Source: Octopus vulgaris (taxonomy: Eukaryota). From it: 64,000 nucleotides of DNA. A program made the position numbers and the translations under genes. The DNA is taken from NCBI GenBank assembly GCA_951406725.2, contig OX597832.1:21576001-21640000 (forward strand), written 5' to 3'. A model generated the notes under the pieces. The model saw only the letters and a program-made list of their open reading frames with translations. It was not told the DNA's origin and made no database searches. This document shows positions 14,743 through 30,834 of the stretch, piece by piece; within the stretch, counting starts at the first letter, position 1, and each line of letters opens with the position of its first letter.

Positions 14743-15690
14743 GTGTGTGTGTGTCTGTATATGTGTGTGTGTGTACACTTCGGTTTACTTCAGTTTTGCT
14801 TGTCATTGTTGTTGTTGCTGTTGTTAATGATTTAGTCAGGATGAAAGCGTAGTGCCCCTGACCTACCTCTTACCACTACCACCACCATCACCATCACCAT
14901 CACCACTCTACATTATGTCACACTCTATTGCTACCAACAAGAGAGAGAGGGTGGGGTGAGAGGGGGGAATGAAGTAACAAAATACTTATGGATGGCGGTG
15001 GAAGCGGGGCAGGGTGGTAATGTTTGTGGAGGTCATTCGGCATTTGTGGTGGTGGTGGTGGTGATTTGATATTTGTGGTGGTGGTGGTGATAGTGAGGTG
15101 GGGGATGAGGGTGGTGGTGATGGCGGTTCGGTATTTGCGGTGGTGACTGAGCTGGGGGGAAGGGTAGTGCTGGTGATTTGTTGGGTTTTCTGCTATTGGT
15201 TGATGATGGTGTTGGATCATGGAGATGGTGATGGTGGTTGTGGTGGTTGTGATGGTGGCGGTAGTGGTGGTGATTGCGGTGGTGGTGGTGATGCTGCTGG
15301 TGGCGGCGGCGGCGGTGGTGCTGCTGCTGGTGGCGGCGGCGGCGGTGGTGCTGATAGTGGCGATTGGTGGTGGTGGTGGTGGTGGTGGTGGTAGGGGTGG
15401 TGGTCATGGACATGGTGAAGATGATGGTGGTTGTGGTGGTGGTGGTGCTGCTGCTGCTACTGCTTGTGGCGATGGCGGCGGCGGTGGTGATGCTGGTGGC
15501 GCCGGCGGTGATGGTAGTAGTGGTGGTGACAGCGGCGACTGCAGCAGCAGTGGTGGAGGGGGTGGTGGTGGAAAGGGTGGTGGTGGTGGTGGTGGTTTTG
15601 GTGGTGGTTTTGGTGGTGGTGATAGTGGTGATTAATGCAGCAGCGGTGATGGTGGTGGTGCTGGTGCTGGTAGTAGTAGTGGTGGAACAG
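14150..15690. repeat. (ACT)n/(GGT)n trinucleotide low-complexity region
   Basis: Direct reading. Confidence 0.85.
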
Positions 15691-16392
15691 GCGGCGATAC
15701 GAAAGGAGACCGACAAGGAGGGTGGTCGACACAAGAGGCGGAGCAACCGGAGGTGGTGATTGAAGTGAGGAACCGATTTAATCGAGTCAACTTTTATTTT
15801 TCTTTCATTTATTCGTACATTGTTTTAATCGAATTATTCTTCTCTGTCTCCTTGTTACGGCCGTTGCCGTTGTTGCCGTCAAAGAGGAGGGGCACTACTT
15901 TTGTTAAAAACCCTGGCGACAACACGGAACCCTTGCTAACCCCCTTTCTCTTTTTTTTTTACCAATTTAGCGGTTCCACATCACTTATAACGATAAACTA
16001 ATAGACATGCAATTCCTGTATGTAGAATATGTGGGGGGGGGGGCGAAATCAACGCATGTATATGTGGAGGTGCGTGAGGGTGTATATGCTGTTTATGTAT
16101 AGGCGTATGAATGTCTGTATGAATATTTTCGTTTGTGTGTATAAATATAAGCATAACTATGAATATATGCTTATTCTGTGTGTGTGCATGCGTGTATAGC
16201 TATGTGTGTGTGTATGTACATACATACACACACACATATATATATATATATGCACACACACTTATGTATGTATATGTGTATGTGTATATTATATAAATGT
16301 ACGCATATATATGTATGTACATGTGTATTATATAAATACATATATTCATATATACATACATATATATTTATAGTTATATATATGTATGTATG

Positions 16393-16429
<37 letters not shown>

Positions 16430-16616
16430 ATAGTTGGAATTTGCAAAAAAAAATAACAAAAGACGAAACGGGTGTGCAAACAACAGGCAGGTATATTGGT
16501 TTAACGCTCGGGAAGGTGAGAAAGTCTTTTATGTTTCGAGCCTACGCTCTTCAACAGAAAGGAACACGAGAAAATAAACAGAAAGAGAATAAAAAAAAGG
16601 TTTAGTGGCTAGCGAT
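16430..16616 (-). mobile_element. ~190-bp pyrimidine-rich mini-element with hammerhead-like motif (non-canonical core)
   Basis: 16526-16561(-): CTTT CTGTTGA A GAGC gtag GCTC GAAA CA TA AAAG. Ends AACTATA next to a microsatellite; homologous to 24975-25152 and 59156-59395. Confidence 0.65.
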
Positions 16617-16629
16617 ATATATGTGTATA

Positions 16630-18219
16630 CAGTGGGGGGAAATAAATAGTCGTACATGTCAAAATTATTTATTTATTTAATTTCTAATGAACATAAATGG
16701 CATATACCAATACTATATTTGCATACACCTGCATAAACTAAGAATATGCAAAAGAAACTAATAAATTATAGTAACTGAGGAATTTATATACAATTATAAA
16801 TATTCAGGGGTGAAAAAAGTATTCGTACAGAACATAAATAACTGATAATTCTGATTTAATTCTTCGTAGCATAACCATTATTCAGTTCCACTTCAACCAA
16901 TTTCTTCTTGTAGTTCTTTATCAATGACTCGCATGTTTCTTGAGAAATTTTTTCCCATTCTTCTTGACAAATTTTCTTCAAATCTGCAATCCATGTTGGG
17001 GCTATTAAATGAATTTTAATTTTCAAATAACGACACAAATTTTCAATATGGTTCAAGTCAGGTGACTGGCTTGGCTATTCTAATAATTTTATATTGTGAT
17101 CGACAATCCATTTTTTGGTAGACTTCGCCGTGTGCTTAGGGTCGTTATCCTGTTGTAAAACCCACCCTTCTCATTGGTGGAGCTTTTCAACAGAGTCCCA
17201 TAAATTATTGTTCAAAATATTTTGGTACATCTCTGCATTCATTCTACCATCTATCACATGTAAATTGCCAGTACCATTTGCAGAGAAACACCCCCACACT
17301 ATGATGTTGCCACCTCCAAACTTTACGGTAGGAATTGTGCTTTTCAGCGAATAGGCGGTACCATCTTTCCTCCAAACATAGCTACGCGAATTTCGTCCAA
17401 ACAATTCAATTTTCGACTCGTCTTACCATAGACCATTTTCCCAGAATGTATCAGATTTATCTTTATGTTCGTAAACAAATTTTAAACGGGCATCTCTATG
17501 CCTTTTAGTCAACAGCGGAGTTTTTCTAGGAGAGCGTGACTTCAGTTCATTCCTATGAAGTTCATTGCTGATTGTTCGTAGTGTAACACTAGTCCCTGAA
17601 GCTAACAAATCTTCTTGCAACTCTTTTCCGGTGATCATTGCGTTTTTTTCGATTCTTTGGTTCATTTTTCTATAAGATGTAGGGGAAATCTTGCATGGTG
17701 CACAGGATCTTATTCTGTTTTCAACAGCTACCGATTTTTTATATCTTTGAATAAATGAAGATTTGGTAGAAAATGGAATACAAAGGGCCTCTGATATTTT
17801 TCTGTGACTTTTGCCTGCTTTCTACTGTTCAATAATTAAGTTTTTCACTGAATTTGTGAGTTCTTTATTTTTAGCCATTATTACGATACTACTTTATATT
17901 GTCTCAGTGCTGAAGAAAGAAGCTAGCGTTTTGACACTTAAAAATGACAACTGATAAGATTAGTGGAACAAACGAGAAAGTTCTAGTAAAAAAAATTATT
18001 TTAACAGTATTTTGTGGCATAGAAAATCACTTTTTTCACCCCTAAATATTTATAATTGTATATAAATTCCTTAGTTACTATAATTTATTAGTTTCTTTTG
18101 CATTTTCTTAGTTTATGCATGTGTATGCAAATATAGTATTGGTATATCCCATTTATGTTCATTAGAAATCAAATAAATAAAGAATTTTGACATGTTCGAA
18201 TATTTATTTCCCTCCACTG
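16630..18219 (-). mobile_element. Full-length Tc1-family DNA transposon with ~190-bp TIRs and TA target duplication
   Basis: TA|CAGTG...CACTG|TA; TIRs 16630-16820 and 18029-18219 are near-identical inverted copies. An inner repeat (CAGGGGTGAAAAAAGTATTCGTACA) resembles the outer end. Confidence 0.95.
16856..17878 (-). pseudogene. Tc1 DD34E transposase, 341 codons in one frame with four in-frame stops
   Basis: MAKNKELTNSVK..., [50 protein letters not shown]; 34 residues between the second D and E. The three track ORFs share one frame. Confidence 0.93.
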
Positions 18220-18365
18220 TATGTACGAGTAAGCCGACAAACAAAGGGAAATGGCACTCAAAATATTTTGTAGGAGTTACATATATGATTGTTTAAAACA
18301 GAAACTACAATGGTGAAACGTACGTAGGGACTAATTATGTTTATCTTTATACAAACATATACATT

Positions 18366-18439
<74 letters not shown>

Positions 18440-18440
<1 letters not shown>

Positions 18441-18566
18441 GGCGGGCTTCTTTCAGTTTCAGTCTACCAAATCCAATCACAAGGCTTTGGTCGGCCCGAG
18501 GCTATAGTAGAATACACTTGCCCAAGGTGCCACGCAGTGGGACTGAACCCGGAACTATGTGGTTGG
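18440..18566 (-). mobile_element. SINE family A, 5' half
   Basis: CACTTGCCCAAGGTGCCACGCAGTGGGACTGAACCCGG. Confidence 0.85.
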
Positions 18567-18610
18567 AAGTTCCTGAAATAAATCCAACGGATCTGTACCA
18601 CAACTACAGA

Positions 18611-18772
<162 letters not shown>

Positions 18773-18947
18773 AAATAAGAAAATGGAGGAATAGATTCCT
18801 TATAATAATCAACTTACAGATAATACCAATTCATATAATTTATTAACTAATTAAATAGGAACATCCGATTCCAACAGAGTAAAACAGAATAAAACAATAT
18901 AGATCAATAAGTAAGATAATACCATAAAAATAATACATATAAAATGG

Positions 18948-19069
18948 ATCTTACAGCTGTTTCAGCCTGTAGATAAGGGTATCCCATTATGCCTATATTA
19001 GTCAGATGTATTAAGGTAATATGTAGTTAAAAATGAGTCATATATATATCTCAAGGCCTCGTCAGAGAT
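18948..19069 (-). ncRNA. Type I hammerhead ribozyme motif with long stem II insertion
   Basis: Minus strand: ATCT CTGACGA GGCCT..(~85 nt)..AGGCT GAAA CAGCTG TA AGAT. Canonical core, palindromic stem III, GUA triplet. Confidence 0.75.
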
Positions 19070-19119
19070 TATAAAGTACAATTATGAAGATATAAAATGA
19101 AGATATAAAATGCAAATAT

Positions 19120-23470
<4,351 letters not shown>

Positions 23471-23675
23471 GTGGCGCGTAGTGACCAGAGAGGAGGGGAT
23501 AATTTTGATAGGAATAACAAGCGCAATTGTAGTGTTTTCGCCCACGAAACTTTATGTAATGAGGAGTTGAATGAAGCTGTTATGAAATACATGGAGGTTC
23601 AAACTAAATGTGGTAAACGCTACCGTCTTTCCATTATTTTCTGTTCTTTGTGCGTGCGCGCGTATGAATATACAA

Positions 23676-23734
<59 letters not shown>

Positions 23735-23767
23735 ATATATATACTTCTAATATAGGATAAAAAATTT

Positions 23768-24010
23768 TCATAGTGGTTAAGAGTGCAGGCTACTAACCCC
23801 AAGATTCCGAGTTCGATTCCAGGCAGTGACCTGAATAATAATAATAATAATAGTAACGTCGAAAAGTAGCTTAGGAATGAGAACCCAGGTTCAATATTTC
23901 CCCAACACACCTGATGAAGGCCGAAGGGTATATCAGCTGAAACGTTGTATTAACAACAAACAAGATGTGGACAAATATCCGTCAAATGTAATTAATGTAA
24001 ATAATGTGAA
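23768..24010 (+). mobile_element. tRNA-headed SINE-like element carrying a hammerhead motif
   Basis: A-box-like TAGTGGTTAAG (23771), B box GAGTTCGATTCC (23809-23820), then ACAC CTGATGA A GGCCGA agggtata TCAGCT GAAA CG TT GTAT (23907-23950), and an AATGTAA-type repeat tail. Confidence 0.7.
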
Positions 24011-24072
24011 TTAAAGTCTATTTCTCAGCATATTGGCATAGAAACACTTTTTCTTTTGCCCTTATTTATAAT

Positions 24073-24117
<45 letters not shown>

Positions 24118-24824
24118 CATATATCCATACATACATATATATGTGTGTGTATGCATTATGTCTGTGTATATCTATCTGTAGGTATATATATACAGAGAGA
24201 GAGATACACACACACACGCACTCACACACAATCAACAATTCTCTTATAGATCTTGAAAATCTAAAGCCGAAATGACTATCTCTCTCTCTTTCTCTCTCCC
24301 CAGTCCCTGCTGTTCATTTTAATTTTTATTTTATTTTAAATCCCACCAAAACAGGATTTTACTGACCGTTTCTTCCGGTATTAAAAGAACAGATATCACC
24401 ATGCATTTTGAGAGATTTTACATGTTACACTTATTTATACATAGGGGTCGACAGCATACAAATCTAGTCTTATGGAGGCCTCTATTTTCCATACAATCTT
24501 AAATATTGTTACATATTAACTATGTGCTCTTCTTCTACGGTACTTCAGCTGGCGGACATTTTCTTGGCATATCAGAAGAAAACAGCGTATTATCTAATTA
24601 TAAGTTTGTAAATGCGTGTGTGTGAGTGTGTAATTGTGTGAGTGTGTGTGTGAAAGAGTGTGTGTATGTATGTATAAATATACACATGTGCATGTAGATA
24701 GACAGATAGAACCACTATCTCTCGCAAAGTTACGGGGACTTAAATGCACAAACACCGGTTGTCTAGCGATATAGTGGATGACAAACACAGACACAAAGAC
24801 ACACACACAGACATATATATGTAT

Positions 24825-24893
<69 letters not shown>

Positions 24894-24899
24894 CATATC

Positions 24900-24932
<33 letters not shown>

Positions 24933-24974
24933 TTCAAAATATATATATATTTTAAAAATGTAACAACACGTGGA

Positions 24975-25152
24975 CTGTTGGCGATTTTTCTCTTCTTCTT
25001 CCTTTTCTATCAGCCTTTCCTTTGTCTCCTGTTTCCGAAGAAGAGTTATGCTCGAAACGTAAAACAACCACTCTTTCCTTCTCTTAGCGCCTTATTAATA
25101 CTTTGCATGTGCTACGCCCACTTTTTTTCTCCGTTTCTTTTTTAATCAACTA
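24975..25152 (+). mobile_element. Mini-element with hammerhead-like motif (CCGAAGA core)
   Basis: 25031-25065: GTTT CCGAAGA A GAGT tat GCTC GAAA CG TA AAAC; ends AACTATA(TA)n. Confidence 0.7.
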
Positions 25153-25165
25153 TATATACATATAT

Positions 25166-25224
<59 letters not shown>

Positions 25225-25273
25225 ACAAAAGAACGCAAAACATCCAAACACATGTAGATAGATAGATAAATAA

Positions 25274-25369
<96 letters not shown>

Positions 25370-25504
25370 TTAGATAGATAGATAGATATTATTTCTTTTT
25401 CTATGTTTAATGATTACAAAACCAATTTCACATAAATTTGAATGGTTACTCCACACTTTTGTAGAGTAAAACTTGTTACTCGTTAACAAGAATATTATTA
25501 ATAT

Positions 25505-26014
25505 TCCTTTCTACTGTAGGTACAAGGCCTGAAAATTTGGTGGAGGGGATAGTCGATTACATCGATCCCAGTGCATAACTGGTACATATTTTATCGTCTC
25601 CGAAAGAATGAAAGACAAAGTCGAACCCGGCGGCATTTGAACTGAGACCAAATACCGCTAAGCATTTCGCCCGGCGTGTTAACAATTCTGCCAGCTCGCT
25701 GCCTTCAGGAGTAGTGTTAAGGTCCGGAATTTTGGATGAAAGGCAAAGTCGACCACGGCGGCATTTGAACTCAGACCAAATACCCATTTCTTTACTACCC
25801 ACAAGGGGCTAAACACAGAGAGGTCAAACAAGGACAGACAAACGGATTAAGTCGATTATATTGACCCCGGTGCGTAACTGGTACTTATTTAATCGACCCC
25901 GAAAGGATGAAATGCCAAGTCGACCTCGGCGGAATTTGAACTCAGAACGTAGCGGCAGACGAAATACCGCTAAACATTTCGCCCGTCGCGCTAACGTTTC
26001 TGCCAGCTCGCCGC
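25505..26014 (-). mobile_element. Cluster of SINE family B copies (Meta/Sauria-SINE-like central domain)
   Basis: Copies at ~25505-25704, a fragment at ~25735-25785 and a full copy at ~25785-26014; B-box-like GAGTTCAAATTCC and CATCCTTTCGGGGTCGAT on the minus strand. Confidence 0.85.
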
Positions 26015-26169
26015 TTTCAGGAGTAGTATCAATATTGACTTCGGTTACGACCAGCCAAGTCATAATTGGACAGTCCGACGATGGCCGAAACTTCGAAGTT
26101 CCAGCCAATACTATACTTGTTTCAGAATAACATATATATATATATATATACATATATACATATACGCAA

Positions 26170-26224
<55 letters not shown>

Positions 26225-26565
26225 TGTGTGTGTGTCTGTGTATATATATATATGTATATATATAAATATATTCATATATATATACATGTATATATATATG
26301 CACACACACATATATATGTGTATATATATACATGCAAATATATATATACATTCATATATATATATATATATACATGCAAATATATATATATATATACATT
26401 CATGTTTATATACATATATATACATGCAAATATATATATATATATATATATACATTCATGTATATATATATATACATACATGCAAATATATATACATTCA
26501 TGCATATGTAACATTTATACACAACATTAGTACACATCCACACATACATACATACATACATACAT

Positions 26566-26596
<31 letters not shown>

Positions 26597-27181
26597 TACA
26601 TACATACATACATACATACATACATACATACATACATACATACGTACGTACATACATACTTGAGCATATACACATATATCTTCTTGCAGGCCCCGAGGCA
26701 CTCTACAAGACTCCTCTTTCTGTCTTTCTGTCTGTGAATGACGTGCAGCCGTCACTCAAGAACAGGTGCAGCCTCGGCTATTGTCTTCCAGCCGCCGCTC
26801 CTTTTTATAGAAGATTTCGACACACAACTTGTGTTAAAGTCGGGCTTGTTGACACTCAAGCAGCTATGAAATCATTAAAGACAATCAACCGATTGTTTCT
26901 GCAATCACTCATCGTGAATGCTATTCAAAAACTCTATTGTTCTCCCTTTCTTGTCTCATCTTCGTCTTCCTCTTCTCTTGATCTTCTCTCCTCTTTATTC
27001 CCTCTTTTCATTCGTTCACTATCTCAGCTCTCCCTCCTGCTCTCTCTCTCTCTCACTCTCTTTTGCTTTCTCTCTCTATCTCTCTCCGTATCTGTCTATC
27101 TGTAGCTCTCTCTGCTGCTCTCTTTCCCTCCTGCTCTCTCTTTCTCTTGCTCTCTCTTTCTCTTGCTTTCTCTTTCTCTTG

Positions 27182-27219
<38 letters not shown>

Positions 27220-27559
27220 TGCTCTCTCTTTCTCTCTCTCTCTCTTTCTCTTGCTCTCTCTCTCTCTCTCTTTCTCTTGCTCTCTCTAGCATTCTTCCAC
27301 GAAGTCTTTATTTCTTACTTTCTATTTCTCATCTCTGCCCCCATCTCTCTCTCTCCCTCTCTTTCTCTATTCCTCTCTATTTCTGTCCCTCGTTCTCCCT
27401 TTCTCTCTCCTTCTCTGTCTATCATTCTGTTCCTGCCTTTGTGTATGTGTGTGTGTGTGTGCGTGTGTCTGTGTTTGTACGTGTGTGTATTTTTCTGTCC
27501 CTTATACTCTTACCATTTCTATCTCACTATCCATTTATCTCTTGTCGCTGTCTTTTCAA

Positions 27560-27602
<43 letters not shown>

Positions 27603-27710
27603 CCCCACACTTGTCACAACACTCACACTACTGCCAATCATGAAACCCACCTCATTCTAAACTTCCAGTCTTTCTTTTTTTCTCCTTCTCTCTCACCCTC
27701 ACCCTCCCAC

Positions 27711-27749
<39 letters not shown>

Positions 27750-27900
27750 TTCTATTCCTTCCTCCTTCACTCTCTCTTTTTCGTCCTAGCAAACTCCCTC
27801 CCTCATTCCCTTGTTCACCGCACCACTTGCGCTCACGCGCCCTTCTCAACTGCACGCTCCCTCTTTCTAAATGTATGTATGTCTCTCTTTCTCTCTCTCT

Positions 27901-27952
<52 letters not shown>

Positions 27953-28091
27953 ACACACACACACACACTTCTTTCTGCCGATGCCTCCCCACCTCTTCAT
28001 TATGCGGCTCTGCCTAAATGAGTTCTATTGCCATTACCAATTTCGCTTTGACTTCGTTTACCCGCAGAAACAAAAGGTTTATAATGATCAT

Positions 28092-28125
<34 letters not shown>

Positions 28126-28130
28126 GCAAG

Positions 28131-28161
<31 letters not shown>

Positions 28162-28237
28162 ACAACGACAGTATCAAGGGAAAGAAGACGAAAAGTAATG
28201 CAGAGGAGGAATAGTAACAATAATGGTTTCTAACTCA

Positions 28238-28239
<2 letters not shown>

Positions 28240-28305
<66 letters not shown>

Positions 28306-29600
28306 AAGAAGAAGAAGAAGAAGAATAGAGAGAAGGAGGAAGAGGAGGAAGCTGACGGGGGAGGAGGAGAAGAAGAAGAACAACAACAACAACAAGAACA
28401 AAAACAAGAACAAGAACACGAAGAACAACAACAACAGCAACCACAAAATGAATAAGAAAACGAAGAAGAAAAAGAAAGAGGATGAGAAGGAGAAGAAGAA
28501 GAAGAAGAAGAAGAACAAGAACAAGAACAACAACAACAACAAGAACAACAACAACAACAATAACAACAACAACCACAAAATGAATAAGAAAACGAAGAAG
28601 AAGAAGAAGAAAAAGAAAGAGGATGAGAAGGAGAAGAAGAACAAGAACAAGAAGAACAAGAACAAGAACAAGAAGAACAACAACAACAAAAACAATAACA
28701 ACAGCAACAACCACAAAATGAATAAGAAAACGAAGAAGGAGGAGGAGGAGAAAAGGAAGAAGAAGAAGAAGAAGAAGAAGAAGAAGAAGAAGAAGAAGAA
28801 GAAGAAGAAGAAGAAGAAGAAGAAGAAGAAGAAGAAGAAGAAGCGCAACAACAGCAACAACAGCACAGCAGCAAGGAGACGGAGGAAATCAAAGGAAAGG
28901 ACAATGAGAATAAGAACAAGAGCTAAAAGGCGTGAAAAGGAGGAAGAGGAGGAAGAGGAGAAGGAGGAGGATGTGGAGGAGGAGGATGTGGAGGAGGAGG
29001 ATGTGGAGGAGGAGGATGTGGAGGAGGTACCTGAAGTGCAACAGTCGGGGATTGAAGGGGAGGTGAAGGGGAGGTGAAGGAAGAATAAACATGAAGTGCT
29101 ATTATGATGTTAATAATCATAATGAAGGGGGAGGAGGAAGGGTGGGAGGAAGACGTGGAGGCGAAGGAAGAGGGTGAAATGGTAAAAACAGAAAGACGAA
29201 AGTGGACTATCAAGATGATGGACCGTCTGAAGAAGAAGAAGAAGAAGAAGAAGAAGAAGAAGAAGAAGAAGAAGAAGAAGAAGAAGAAGAAGAAGAAGAA
29301 GAAGAAGAAGAAGAAGAAGGAGGAGGAGGAGGAGGAGAAGAAGAAGAAGAAGAAGAAGAAGAAGAAGAAGGGAGAGAAGAAGAAGAAGAAGGAGGAGGAG
29401 GAGAAGAAGAAGAAAAAGAAGAAGAAGGAGGAGAAGAAGAAGAAGAAGAAGGGAGAAGAAGAAGAAGAAGAAGAAGAAGAAGAAGAAGAAGAAGAAGAAG
29501 AAGAAGAAGAAGAAGAAATGAGAGAAGAAGAAGGGAAGAAGAAGACGAAGAAGAAGAAGAAAAAATGAGAGAAGGGGAGAAGAAGACGAAGAAATTATAA
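28240..29600. repeat. (GAA)n/(AAC)n/(GGA)n region with a ~135-bp higher-order triplication
   Basis: CCACAAAATGAATAAGAAAACG at 28441, 28573 and 28711. Confidence 0.88.
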
Positions 29601-29604
29601 TTAT

Positions 29605-29925
29605 AATCCTTTCTACTATAGGGAAAAGGGACCTGAAATTTGGGGGAGGAGGTAAAGTCGATTTCATCGACACCAGTGTGACACTGGTACTTAATTTAAT
29701 CGACTCCGAAAGGATGAAAGGAAAAGTCGACCTCGGCGGAATTTGAATTCACAACGTAACGACAGACGAAGTACCGCTAAGCATTTCGCCCGGCGTTCTA
29801 ACGATTCTGCCAGCTCGCCGTCGTCTACTATAGGCACAAGGTTTGAAATTTGGTGGGAGGAGTTAAGCCGATTATTTCAACCCCAGTACGCAACTGGTAC
29901 TTATTTTATCGACCCCGGAAGGATA
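29605..29925 (-). mobile_element. SINE family B full copy plus adjacent 3' fragment
   Basis: GTCGACCTCGGCGGAATTTGAA and CTGCCAGCTCGCCG; second fragment at 29823-29925. Confidence 0.85.
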
Positions 29926-30159
29926 AGAGCTTAAAAAACAATCAGTACTGGGGGGGGGGGCGATTTGTTCAACTGAACCTTTTTCTAAGCGATGCTCCAG
30001 CATGACCTCAGTTAAATGACTGAAACAAAATATGTGTGTGTGTGTGTGTGTATGCGTGTGTGTGTGTGCATGTGTGTGTGTGCGTGTGTGTGTGTGCATG
30101 TGTGTGTGTGTGTGCGTGTGTGTGTGCATGTGTGTATGTGTGCGTGTGTGTGTGTGTGC

Positions 30160-30199
<40 letters not shown>

Positions 30200-30264
30200 A
30201 GGTGTGTGTGTGTGTGTGTGCGTGTGCGTGCGTGTGTGTGTGTGTGTGTGTGTGTGCATGTGTG

Positions 30265-30305
<41 letters not shown>

Positions 30306-30526
30306 AGGTGTGTGTGTGTAAGTGTGTGTAAGTGTGTGTGTGCCTGCGTGTTAATATATGATTAAATTACGACCAATCACCTCTCTTGCCAAAAATAAAG
30401 CCGTCGAAATGCTTGGCTACAGTAAGCGAATGGTTTGTTTGCGTCCTCAAGATCTATTTTGCAAGGCATGCTAAATAGAAATTGAATCAGAAGTCGGCAT
30501 CATAAGAGATAAAAATAACATCACAG

Positions 30527-30822
30527 CATGGATGTTGTGGCGTGCTCCTGTAATCCAGCTACTCGGAGGCTTGGTTGGTTGGCCGGTTTGAGGATGGGAG
30601 TCCTGGTAGTCAGTCTTCCATGGCGATTGGGTGTCCGCGCTAAGCTCGGCATCAATATGGTTCTGGAGAGGGAGCTCATAAGGACCAGGTTGTCTAAGGA
30701 GGGTCGCTTCGGCCCAGGGCGGAAACGCAGCAGGCAAAAGACTCCGTGTCGAGCAGTAGTGGGATTGCGCCTGTGAATAGTCGTCGGCTGGCAGCCTGTT
30801 CGATGCAACTGAACACCAATCT
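30527..30822 (+). ncRNA. 7SL (SRP) RNA sequence, full length; probably a retroposed or chimeric copy
   Basis: Collinear with metazoan 7SL: GTGGCGTGCTCCTGTAATCCAGCTACTCGGAGGCT, GGGTGTCCGCGCTAAGCTCGGCATCAATATGGT, helix 6 GGAG loop, helix 8 CAGGGCGGAAACGCAGCAGG, CAGTAGTGGGATTGCGCCTGTGAATAG. No oligo-T terminator follows. Confidence 0.93.
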
Positions 30823-30834
30823 ATGAAAGATAAT

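Noticed and set aside
16856-17878. Rescue of the Tc1 transposase by A-to-I editing of stop codons
   Set aside because: Only one stop (E*PSQS, TAG) sits at an expected Trp; the TAA before the first catalytic D replaces a Ser, so ordinary decay explains the stops.
23771-23830. Functional tRNA gene (likewise the other SINE heads)
   Set aside because: A/B boxes are present but no complete cloverleaf with acceptor stem could be built.
28174-29673. Poly-K/E/R ORFs
   Set aside because: Translations of (GAA)n microsatellites.
30527-30822. Human Alu or 7SL contamination
   Set aside because: It contains the full S domain, is clearly diverged from human 7SL with structure-preserving changes, and is joined to local repeat sequence.
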